Source: Trueperaceae bacterium (GTDB taxonomy: Bacteria; Deinococcota; Deinococci; Deinococcales; Trueperaceae). Taken from it: 15,858 nucleotides of DNA. Below the pieces are notes generated by a model. It searched no databases, was not told the origin of the DNA, and was given only the letters and a program-made list of their open reading frames with translations. This document shows positions 1 through 15,368 of the stretch, piece by piece. Both the position numbers and the translations under genes were made by a program. How positions within the stretch are numbered: the first letter of the stretch is position 1; every line of letters begins with the position of its first letter. Location: assembly GCA_040905465.1 (NCBI GenBank), contig JBBDRK010000075.1, positions 1-15,858 on the forward strand, in the 5' to 3' direction.

Positions 1-17
1 CTAGAGCAAGTTCGGAG

Positions 18-71
18 AACAAACAAGACGTGCGTGGCCGAAGCAAGTCCGGCCACGCACGTCCTTTTATT
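18..71. terminator. Intrinsic terminator, probably bidirectional
   Basis: Perfect 14-bp stem GACGTGCGTGGCCG (27-40) / CGGCCACGCACGTC (50-63) with a 9-nt loop. Followed by CTTTTATT on +; preceded by AACAAACAA (TTGTTTGTT on -). Confidence 0.8.
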
Positions 72-393
72 GCCTGAGACCTTGTTTCACCTAGGTACTA
101 CATATAGCACCATCGTACAAGGGCTGGTCAGATGTAGTAGCCTATAGCCGAGGTGCCTTTATGACAAAAGCCAGGTGAAGTGCCGTCGAAGCCCGGTGAA
201 TATATAGAACGGGGACCTAGAGGTGGTGAAGTTCCAAATGCGCGCGAAGTCACCATCGAGCGGGGAGATAGCCCACTCCCACCAACCGGAGAACCTGGGC
301 GATCGTGGGAGCGTACTGGTCCGCCAAAGAAGTAAGAACATAGAGGCCTGAGATAGGTCTTTGGGCCGTCTCGAACGCACTACAAACGGTCTA

Positions 394-780
394 TTACGCC
401 GGTGTTCCGGCCTTCCCCTGCAGGAACCTCAGCGCAATCGCGTAGGCGGCGTAATCGTCGATCAGCCGCGGGGGCCACCACATGCCGGCCGGGAGCAGGC
501 GCCAGGGCAGGCGGGGCGGGTGATCGCGGAAGTACAGCCGCCGGGCCTCCAGCGTCGACCCTGTTTCGTCGACCAGAAGCGGGGTGAAGCCGCGTCGTTC
601 CAGCAGGTGGCGCAGTTCCTCACTGCCGGTGCCGTCGCCAATCACCACCCGGGCTGCGTCGGGCAGCGGCAACCTTTCCAGCTCGGCCGCCTCGAGAATC
701 TTCGCGTTCAGTAACTCCCCCGCCTGGTCAACGAGTGCAAATCCGACGTTCCTGCCGGGATCAAATGCGGCCACGAGCAT
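394..780 (-). CDS. Stand-alone YqgF/Tex-like RNase H-fold putative nuclease (128 aa)
   Basis: AFDPG on the first strand, IGDGTGS (cf. IGNGT in the Tex YqgF domain), VDE-x-x-ST-x-EAR and C-terminal DDYAA; length fits YqgFc proteins. Confidence 0.75.
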   Translation of the reverse strand: MLVAAFDPGRNVGFALVDQAGELLNAKILEAAELERLPLPDAARVVIGDGTGSEELRHLLERRGFTPLLVDETGSTLEARRLYFRDHPPRLPWRLLPAGMWWPPRLIDDYAAYAIALRFLQGKAGTPA

Positions 781-785
781 GGTGG

Positions 786-794
786 ATCATTGCA
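786..794 (-). promoter_or_regulatory. Candidate extended -10 (TGcAATGAT) for a leaderless transcript
   Basis: TG-C-AATGAT lies 5 nt before ATG 780; no SD; hexamer is imperfect. Confidence 0.4.
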
Positions 795-889
795 TGTCGG
801 CCGGCTGCTCCGCACAGCGTTCTTCCCAGGGCACCTCGCCCGGCAACCACCATCGGCGCTTGGGGGCGCCGAACTCGATAGCTCAGCGG

Positions 890-1591
890 TCATAGCGGTG
901 TGAAGTAGAGCTGCACGCAATGAAACATCGGCATATCAAGCTCGTCGGCGCGCCCCAACTCGCAACCCGAACCGAATCGCTCAGGTTCCTGGCTCAGGAT
1001 GTTGGCGCGATGGCCTTCTGAACCCATCCAGCTGTCAAGTAGTGTGCGGGCCGTTTCCAGGTAGCTGCGCGGCCACAGCGGTTCGCCACCCGGCTCACGG
1101 CTGAAAACCGTTCGCTCTCCTTCGCTCCGAACGTGCACGGGCTCGCCCGCCTGATAGCGGAGGGCGAAGACCTGGCCGATATTTTCCGCTACGAAGGCGA
1201 ACTGCAACCCCTGGACGCGCACCCGCTTGGCCGGTGTCGCCAGATCCTCGTCGCTGGGGTGGCGGTGCGAGAAGAAATCAAGCTCGACCATAGCTTCAGC
1301 GTGACCGCAGGCCGCCCGATCGAGCGCGACCATGTGCACCAGCGGTTCCGCTCCGTTCTCGGCACGGCGTACGTTCGTCTCGTGGAAAACTGCCTCGGCC
1401 AGCAGCCCGTAGTCGACCGCCTCCAGCTCGACGGTCTGCTGGGCGGCTTCCAGCTCCTCGAACTCGCTGGGCGAATCGTCCAGCAGGCCCTCCGGAGCCG
1501 GCTGGCACGCCGCCGTCCACGACGCTCCGGACAGCGCGAGCAGAACTGGAATGACGAAACGTAATATTGAACGATGGTGCCGCCGTCTCAT
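890..1591 (-). CDS. CAP (SCP/YkwD-like) domain protein, probable lipoprotein (233 aa)
   Basis: CAP motifs N-x-x-R, AA-x-x-HA-x-x-M...FFSH, AENI, W-x-x-S-x-GHRANIL, VQLY. Basic N-terminus, hydrophobic stretch, then TAAC (Cys29). Confidence 0.85.
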   Translation of the reverse strand: MRRRHHRSILRFVIPVLLALSGASWTAACQPAPEGLLDDSPSEFEELEAAQQTVELEAVDYGLLAEAVFHETNVRRAENGAEPLVHMVALDRAACGHAEAMVELDFFSHRHPSDEDLATPAKRVRVQGLQFAFVAENIGQVFALRYQAGEPVHVRSEGERTVFSREPGGEPLWPRSYLETARTLLDSWMGSEGHRANILSQEPERFGSGCELGRADELDMPMFHCVQLYFTPL

Positions 1592-1597
1592 GAAGCG

Positions 1598-1603
1598 ACC
1601 TTA
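1598..1603 (-). promoter_or_regulatory. Candidate -10 box TAAGGT (leaderless CAP mRNA)
   Basis: TANNNT exactly 6 nt before ATG 1591. Confidence 0.55.
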
Positions 1604-1772
1604 GCGGCCCACGCGGCGCGTTACAGTAGGCCGCCGCCTGAGGAATTCGCTGGGATCGGTGCCAAGTCTGTCGGCGAGCGCGTCCGGCCCGTGACCATCA
1701 TGACGGTCGCAGCCGCCCCTATAGACTCGAAGGGGACCTTAGACACTAGCTACAGGCGCAGGAGGAAGCCGG

Positions 1773-2315
1773 ATGAAACCGAATCTAGAAAGTCCGTTCC
1801 TGATCGCTCCCGTTTCGGGATATTCCGGCGCGATCGGCCATTTGGTAAGCATGATGAGCTACACTCGCCGGACGACACTTGCAGAGGCTGAGGGCTTGAG
1901 TACCTCGCACCTCGATTTCCTCATGGACGACACGGCCAACAGCATCGGCATGCTACTCGAGCACATAGCCGGCGTCGAAGAATGGTATCAGGAGAGCACC
2001 TTCGGTTGGGAGTTCAGCGGCGAGGAGCTCGAGCGCCGGGAATTGGGCGGCAACCTGGGTGAGGAGGCGCGCGGCAGGATCCGTGGGTCAGGACTGACGC
2101 ACTACCTGGAACGGCTCGTCTCGGTGCGGGACAGGACGCTAAGGGAGCTCGCCCGCCGTGACGACGCATGGCTGTTCGAAGAGGATCACTGGAACGGCCG
2201 ACCGAGCAACAACTACTTCAAGTGGTTCCACGTCTTCGAAGACGAGCTCAATCACCGCGGGCAGATCAGGCTCATTCGCAAGAGGCTACCCGAGCCCGTG
2301 TCCAGTCGGGAGTAG
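1773..2315 (+). CDS. DinB/YfiT-family four-helix metalloprotein (180 aa)
   Basis: NSIG-x-LL-x-HIA-x-VE and C-terminal WFHVFEDELNHRGQI motifs; AGGAGG SD 7 nt upstream of ATG. Confidence 0.88.
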   Translation: MKPNLESPFLIAPVSGYSGAIGHLVSMMSYTRRTTLAEAEGLSTSHLDFLMDDTANSIGMLLEHIAGVEEWYQESTFGWEFSGEELERRELGGNLGEEARGRIRGSGLTHYLERLVSVRDRTLRELARRDDAWLFEEDHWNGRPSNNYFKWFHVFEDELNHRGQIRLIRKRLPEPVSSRE

Positions 2316-2326
2316 CGACCTGTCGG

Positions 2327-3541
2327 CTATCCGTTCGCGCTTTTCGGTTCGGCCTGGAATGGTGCCAGGGCGGCAGCGACCAGCAGCAACCCCGCCGAGA
2401 TCAGGAAACCTGAGCGGAAGTCGCCCGAGACATCGGCCAGCGCTCCCGACAGGAGCGGACCGAGAATCTGTCCGACCGAGAAGAAGATGGTGTACAGCGC
2501 GATCCCGGCGACCCATGCGTGCGCCGGAAGGGAACGTCTCACTATGGCTGTCACCGTAGAAACCACGCTCAAGAAGGATCCGCCGAAGAGCACGCCGGAC
2601 AGCAGCACGCCGGTCAGCGACGTCGATGCGAGAGGCACGGCGGCGCCCAGCGCGACCACGACCAGCAGGGTTGCCAGCGCGGCGCCTCCTCGCGCTCGGT
2701 CGATCAGCGGGCGCCACACGAATGCGGCCACGAAGACGGAGGCGCCCAGCAGCGCCCAGAACAGCGAGAGTTGCCAGGTGGAAACCTGCTGAGCCCGCAT
2801 GAACGCGAAAATGAATGTCATGTAGGTGATGTAGCCGAGGCCGAAGAGGAAATAGGCGAGGAGCGAAGGCAGGAGCGAGGCCCGAAAGAGTCTGCCGCGC
2901 GAGCCGGCCGGGCGTCCTGACGGCTCGGCACTACGGAGCGCGGCAGGTCCTGCGACGAAGAGAGCCAGGAACGAAACCAGGCCCAGCATCATCCAGACGA
3001 GTCGCCACGATCCGACATCGTGCGCGAGAAGGGCAGGCAGACCGATGGCGGTAATCAGGATGCCCAGACCGACGCCGCCGAAGTAGAGCCCCAGCGCCAG
3101 CGCGGATCCCCCCTTGCTGTCGCCTCCCAGGTGGGAGACGAGCGTCGCCCCGGTGACGAATACTACCGCGCCTCCCAGGCCGGCAAGAAACCTCAGGAGC
3201 AGAAGCAGGGTGAAGTCGGCGGTCAGCCCGGACGCGAAGAGGGCGAATACGGTCACCAGCAGAAAGATCCAGAACGCGTGCCTGACCTGAATGCGACCGG
3301 CCAGCGGAGCGGCTGCCAAGGCTCCCAGAAGATACCCGACAGCGTTGGCCGTGTTCATGCTGCCGGCCGCGGCGTAGGTCCACTCCAGGTCGGTACGCAT
3401 AGACGGCAGCAGCAGCGCGTAGCCGAAACGCGCTATCCCCAGCCCCACGGCCGGTCCGAGCGAGAGCGCGAGCACGCGGCGAAGCCCCCAACTCGTGCGA
3501 GCGGCCACACGCTCCTTCGCTTCCACCGCCGCCTCGGTCAC
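2327..3541 (-). CDS. MFS transporter, YbfB/YjiJ family (404 aa)
   Basis: About 12 hydrophobic segments; N-terminal GIARFGYALLLPSM...AG-x-MNTAN-x-x-GYL-x-GAL signature; GQILGP in the C-terminal half; GTG start. Confidence 0.88.
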   Translation of the reverse strand: MTEAAVEAKERVAARTSWGLRRVLALSLGPAVGLGIARFGYALLLPSMRTDLEWTYAAAGSMNTANAVGYLLGALAAAPLAGRIQVRHAFWIFLLVTVFALFASGLTADFTLLLLLRFLAGLGGAVVFVTGATLVSHLGGDSKGGSALALGLYFGGVGLGILITAIGLPALLAHDVGSWRLVWMMLGLVSFLALFVAGPAALRSAEPSGRPAGSRGRLFRASLLPSLLAYFLFGLGYITYMTFIFAFMRAQQVSTWQLSLFWALLGASVFVAAFVWRPLIDRARGGAALATLLVVVALGAAVPLASTSLTGVLLSGVLFGGSFLSVVSTVTAIVRRSLPAHAWVAGIALYTIFFSVGQILGPLLSGALADVSGDFRSGFLISAGLLLVAAALAPFQAEPKSANG

Positions 3542-3548
3542 GTTCGCA

Positions 3549-3554
3549 ACGATA
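3549..3554 (-). promoter_or_regulatory. Candidate -10 box TATCGT (leaderless MFS mRNA)
   Basis: TANNNT 7 nt before GTG 3541; no SD at normal spacing. Confidence 0.55.
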
Positions 3555-3607
3555 ACCGTTCCTCACCGAGGAAATCGCCATTCGGCCCGCTGGGGGCACG
3601 CTCCTGG

Positions 3608-3648
3608 AACGAACGAAGCGTGGGCGAGTCTTTACGACTCGCCCACGC
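3608..3648 (-). terminator. Intrinsic terminator downstream of rpoC
   Basis: Perfect 13-bp stem GCGTGGGCGAGTC (3618-3630) / GACTCGCCCACGC (3636-3648), 5-nt loop, minus-strand tail TTCGTTCGTT. Confidence 0.75.
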
Positions 3649-3716
3649 GAATTCAGTTTTCCGGAGTCGTCAGGCTCCGGGCGAGCCCGAGGCCCGCATG
3701 CTGAGCGCCGAAGCGC

Positions 3717-8297
<4,581 letters not shown>

Positions 8298-8391
8298 TTA
8301 GTTCCTTTCAACAGCTGACGGCTCCCGCGAGCGGCCATACTTGCCAGTTCGCCTGGGCAGGGCGAGCATTCGACCGCAATCAGGCCCCTCA

Positions 8392-11769
<3,378 letters not shown>

Positions 11770-12084
11770 CTTCACCCCTTTGCTCGCGAGTGCTCTGCTT
11801 CCGCCCGCAGTGTCATTTAACTGCGCATCTTCCGACTGCGGAATTCGTGACGGAAACCTACTGATGCTCGGATACGCCGGGGATTCCCCGGGCGGCGTCA
11901 GGTACTGCTGAATGTCGAATTCTGACAAAAACGCTGGAGCGATCGCTCATAGTGTCGGCCGTGGCCGTCCGGAATGTTCCTGCCTGCCTGGCTTCGTTCA
12001 AGGGCACACCTCGCCATGCCTCCTCCGGACTGCTCTCCAGACGTTGCTGTTGATTTACGATTTCCAACTCGCACGTCACCAATC

Positions 12085-12119
12085 TGCTCAAATCAGTACT
12101 GCTCGAATCAGTGCTCAAA
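12085..12119. repeat. Short direct repeats TGCTC(A/G)AATCAG, two full copies plus one partial
   Basis: 12085-12096 TGCTCAAATCAG, 12100-12111 TGCTCGAATCAG, 12112-12119 TGCTCAAA. Confidence 0.6.
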
Positions 12120-12142
12120 CGGAAATCATAGCGAAAGATAGG

Positions 12143-12189
12143 TGCGGATGGAGTAAGCCCGGCGACAGCCAGGCTAACCCCACTCCGCA
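12143..12189 (-). terminator. Long hairpin after rplL (terminator or attenuator candidate)
   Basis: Minus strand TGCGGA-g-TGGGGT-t-AGCCTGGC [TGTC] GCCGGGCT-t-ACTCCA-TCCGCA: 20 pairs including two G-U that form only on the minus strand; weak tail CCTATCTTT. Confidence 0.6.
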
Positions 12190-12226
12190 ATTTCATCTGA
12201 ACGTTTGCATCCGGCGCCGCGTGCGT

Positions 12227-12613
12227 CTACTTTACTTCGACGGTTGCGCCTGCGGCTTCGAGCTTGCCTTTGATGTCGTCCGCCTCGTCCTTCGAGACCG
12301 ACTCCTTCACGACGCCGCCCGATTCCACCAGGTCCTTGGCCTCCTTGAGGCCGAGGCTGGTGATGGCGCGCACTTCCTTGATCACCTGGAGCTTCTTGTC
12401 CCCGGCGCTCTTGATGCTGACCGTGAATTCGGTCTGCTCTTCGGCGACGGCGGCTTCACCACCGGCGGCAGGTGCGGCCATCATCATGCCAGCAGGCATG
12501 GATGCCGCGGCTTCGACGCCCCACTTCTCCTTGAGGGCTTCCACCAGATCCACCAGCTCGAGCACGGTCAGTCCCGAGAGTTGTTCCACTACCTTGTCCT
12601 TATCGAAAGCCAT
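12227..12613 (-). CDS. rplL: 50S ribosomal protein L7/L12 (128 aa)
   Basis: LTVLEL..L...WGV N-domain, Ala-rich hinge, KLQVIKEVR...[14 protein letters not shown] overlaps the rplJ stop (TGATG). Confidence 0.99.
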   Translation of the reverse strand: MAFDKDKVVEQLSGLTVLELVDLVEALKEKWGVEAAASMPAGMMMAAPAAGGEAAVAEEQTEFTVSIKSAGDKKLQVIKEVRAITSLGLKEAKDLVESGGVVKESVSKDEADDIKGKLEAAGATVEVK

Positions 12614-13143
12614 CAGCCTTCCTCCTTCAATTTATCTGAGTAGTTCGTCATGACGGACACCAGGTCCCGTTGCGGTCCTTCGAGCACGCCGATGAGCTGC
12701 TGCAGCGGAGCCTGCATGACTCCGAGCAGTTCGCTCAGCAACTGCTGCCTTGCTGGCAGCTTGGCGATCTTCGCCAACGCCTCGGGCCCAACCTGACCAC
12801 CTTGGAGCATTCCGCCCTTGGCGACCGGCAGGTCTTTGGCATGAGTCTTGGCGAACTCGGTGAGCGCCTTGGCCGGGGCGACGGGGTCCTCGCCAACGAG
12901 CACCAGCGCGGTCGGTCCGCGCAAGGTGTCGGTGAACCCCTCGACGCCTTGCTCCTTGAGCACGACGTTGATGAGGGTGTTCTTGGCGACCAGAATGCGG
13001 CCGCCAGCCTCCCGCACCTGAGATCGCAGCGAGTTGAACTCGCCGGCACTCAGGCCCTGGTAGTCCACCAAGAAGAAGGTCTTGGCGCTCGCCAGCAGGC
13101 CGCGGAGCGCAATTACCGACTCTTCATTTCTCGGGTTGGCCAT
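12613..13143 (-). CDS. rplJ: 50S ribosomal protein L10 (176 aa)
   Basis: DYQGL, LR, VAKNTL, L-x-GPTA, LP-x-R motifs; synteny. Confidence 0.98.
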   Translation of the reverse strand: MANPRNEESVIALRGLLASAKTFFLVDYQGLSAGEFNSLRSQVREAGGRILVAKNTLINVVLKEQGVEGFTDTLRGPTALVLVGEDPVAPAKALTEFAKTHAKDLPVAKGGMLQGGQVGPEALAKIAKLPARQQLLSELLGVMQAPLQQLIGVLEGPQRDLVSVMTNYSDKLKEEG

Positions 13144-13265
13144 ATTACCCTTTCGTTTCCAGTTCCTTCGTTCTGCTCGCCGTTACCGGCTCAGAACAAC
13201 CGCGAAGCGCAGCTACGCCTCGGCAGGATCTTTAAGCCTGGCAGGCCCCTGCTGTCTCGAACGCC
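13144..13265 (-). promoter_or_regulatory. L10 leader (autoregulatory RNA)
   Basis: Minus strand CGAGACAGCAGG-GGCC...GGCTTAAA-GAT-CCTGCCGAGG matches the L10_leader core; directly upstream of rplJ. Confidence 0.85.
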
Positions 13266-13296
13266 AAAAGGTGCAGCAAAAGGCATTAGCACCTTT
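13266..13296 (-). terminator. Hairpin after rplA (weak terminator or processing site)
   Basis: AAAGGTGC / GCACCTTT arms (13267-13274, 13289-13296) with a 14-nt loop. Confidence 0.35.
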
Positions 13297-13317
13297 ACGC
13301 TGCGCCGGGATGCCAAT

Positions 13318-14001
13318 CTAGATGCTCACCCTCACGCTGGGTCCCATCGTCGAGGTGAGGTAGAGGGTCCTGAGGAAGATACCCCGGGTCGCACCGGGCC
13401 GCGCCGCCTCGAGTGCGGTGCGCAGTGCGCTCAGGTTCTCGGTCAACTGACCGGGACCGAACGACGCCTTGCCGATGGGCGCGTGAACCACGCCCGTTTT
13501 GTCGGAACGGAACTCGATCTGGCCGCCCTTGAGCGCCCCGACGATGCGTCCGATGTCCTGACCGACGGTGCCCGACTTCGGGTTGGGCAACAGCCCCCGC
13601 GGACCGAGCACACGGCCCAGCTTGGAGCCGACCGCGCCCATCATGTCCGGGGTAGCCGCCACCGCATCGAACTCCATCCAGCCCTCGCTGATCCTGGCGA
13701 TGAGCTCGTCGCCGCCAACGAAGTCGGCGCCGGCTTCCGTCGCCGCCTTCACCGCGTCGCCCTGGGCAAACGCCAGGACCCGGACGGTGCGACCGGTGCC
13801 GTGGGGAAGCAGAGCGGTGCCGCGCACGTTCTGATCGCTCTTACGGGGGTCCACGCCCAGCCGGAAGTGAGCTTCGACCGTCTCGTCGAACTTGGCGGTA
13901 GCCAGCTCCTTGACCAGGGCGGCGGCCTCCTCGGCGCTGTACTGCCGATCCTTGTCGACCTTGACGGTCAGCTCGCGGTAGCGCTTGCCGTGCCTAGGCA
14001 T
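13318..14001 (-). CDS. rplA: 50S ribosomal protein L1 (227 aa)
   Basis: [35 protein letters not shown]-x-GT, STMGP. Confidence 0.99.
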   Translation of the reverse strand: MPRHGKRYRELTVKVDKDRQYSAEEAAALVKELATAKFDETVEAHFRLGVDPRKSDQNVRGTALLPHGTGRTVRVLAFAQGDAVKAATEAGADFVGGDELIARISEGWMEFDAVAATPDMMGAVGSKLGRVLGPRGLLPNPKSGTVGQDIGRIVGALKGGQIEFRSDKTGVVHAPIGKASFGPGQLTENLSALRTALEAARPGATRGIFLRTLYLTSTMGPSVRVSI

Positions 14002-14434
14002 CGGCAGGCTTCCCTTCCACCGTCACGCCCATCGAGCGCGCGGTGCCGGCGATGATGTGGGCGGCGGCAATCTCGCTCGCGGCGTTCAGGTCGCTCATCT
14101 TCTGACGTCCAAGATCCAGGCACTGCTCCCAGGTCAACGTCCCGACCTTCTCCTTGTGCGGAACGCCCGAACCCTTGGCGATGCCGGCTGCCTTCTTGAT
14201 CAGATAGGAAGCGGGCGGGGTCTTGGTGATGAACGTGAAGGAGCGGTCGGCGAAGATGGTGATCTCCACCGGGATGATGGCGCCCGCCTGGGAGGCGGTG
14301 AGCGCGTTGTACTCCTTGACGAAGCCCATGATGTTGGCGCCGTACTGGCCCAACGCCGGCCCTACCGGTGGCGCCGGGGTGGCGCCGCCTGCCGGCAGCT
14401 GGAGTTTGACTATTCCTGCGACTTTCTTGGCCAT
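13994..14434 (-). CDS. rplK: 50S ribosomal protein L11 (146 aa)
   Basis: [36 protein letters not shown]; 8-nt overlap with rplA. Confidence 0.99.
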   Translation of the reverse strand: MAKKVAGIVKLQLPAGGATPAPPVGPALGQYGANIMGFVKEYNALTASQAGAIIPVEITIFADRSFTFITKTPPASYLIKKAAGIAKGSGVPHKEKVGTLTWEQCLDLGRQKMSDLNAASEIAAAHIIAGTARSMGVTVEGKPADA

Positions 14435-14446
14435 CTTTCCTCCTGA

Positions 14447-14486
14447 AGCTCCCCCGCGGCTTGGCTGGCCGTGGGGTACGAACGCT
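14447..14486 (-). promoter_or_regulatory. Candidate L1-binding translational operator in the rplK leader
   Basis: AGC-G-UUCGU-A-CCCC ... GGGG-GA-GCU asymmetric internal loop, 2 nt from the AGGAGG SD. Confidence 0.6.
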
Positions 14487-14535
14487 GGCGTCGGTCTCGC
14501 GACCGTCGTAACGCTGAACGATTCGAAAGTGCGGC

Positions 14536-15093
14536 TTAGGTCTTCACGACCTGCGAGTAATCGAGTTCGACGGGTGTCTCCCGACCGAAAATGGAAACCA
14601 GCACCTTGACCTTGCCGCGCTCGGGGTTGGTCTCGGATACCACTCCGCTGAAGTCGGCGAACGGTCCCGAGGTCACCTGCACCATGTCACCCACGGTGAA
14701 GGTGATCTTGACCTTGGGTGCTTCGCGGGCGCCGGTGATTCCGAGGGTGCCGAGCATGCGCATCTCTTCGTCGCGCGACAGCGGCACCGCTCGCGTTGCG
14801 GTGCCCACGAAGCCGGTGACACCCGGGGTGTAGCGAACGACCTCCCAGGCCTCGTTGGGCTCGTCCGGGTTGTCACCCAGGTCCATCTGGACGAAGATGT
14901 AGCCGGGAAAGATCTTCCGCTTCACGACCTCTTTCTTGTTGCCGCGACCGTGTTCCACGGTTTCCTCGGTTGGCACGACCACCTGATAGATGCGGTCGGC
15001 GATACCGAGCGAGCGCGCCCGGTTCTGGATGTTCTCCCGCACCTTCTCCTCGTGTCCCACGTAAGTGTGGATGGCGTACCATTCGATGCTCAT
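14536..15093 (-). CDS. nusG: Transcription elongation factor NusG (185 aa)
   Basis: [26 protein letters not shown] motif GPFADF..V...[10 protein letters not shown]. Start at MSIEW after GAGGGAG; ATG 15114 is the alternative. Confidence 0.98.
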   Translation of the reverse strand: MSIEWYAIHTYVGHEEKVRENIQNRARSLGIADRIYQVVVPTEETVEHGRGNKKEVVKRKIFPGYIFVQMDLGDNPDEPNEAWEVVRYTPGVTGFVGTATRAVPLSRDEEMRMLGTLGITGAREAPKVKITFTVGDMVQVTSGPFADFSGVVSETNPERGKVKVLVSIFGRETPVELDYSQVVKT

Positions 15094-15187
15094 GCTGCTA
15101 CTCCCTCGCGCCATAGCTGCGCGCGTGGCCGCACCTGCAACTGCACGTGTCGCTTCAGCTGTACCCCTCTGCGGCTCCTTGCCACGA

Positions 15188-15367
15188 TCAGGTGAGCAGG
15201 TTGATGAGCGAGCCGAGCGTGCTATCGGCGATCAGCAGAAAGGCCGCGGTCAGCAGCACGAACACCAGCGTAGCCTGGGTCGACTGGATGACCTCGCCGC
15301 GGGTGGGCCAGGTCACTCGGCCGAGCTCGGCGCGGGAGTTTCGGAGGTATTGGATGACCCGGTTCAC
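15188..15367 (-). CDS. secE: Preprotein translocase subunit SecE (59 aa; absent from the ORF track)
   Basis: Hand translation from GTG 15367: [61 protein letters not shown]-x-RV-x-WP motif, one TM helix, canonical position. Confidence 0.96.
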   Translation of the reverse strand: MNRVIQYLRNSRAELGRVTWPTRGEVIQSTQATLVFVLLTAAFLLIADSTLGSLINLLT

Positions 15368-15368
15368 G

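Noticed and set aside
159-380. 73-aa minus-strand ORF
   Set aside because: No recognisable motif and no convincing RBS; not supportable as a gene.
11770-11928. 53-aa N-terminal extension of RpoB from TTG 11928
   Set aside because: Similarity to RpoB starts at MRDIKSFG, which has an SD; the extension has no good RBS.
11939-11946. HIP1 octamer GCGATCGC
   Set aside because: Only one copy noticed; no cyanobacteria-like enrichment.
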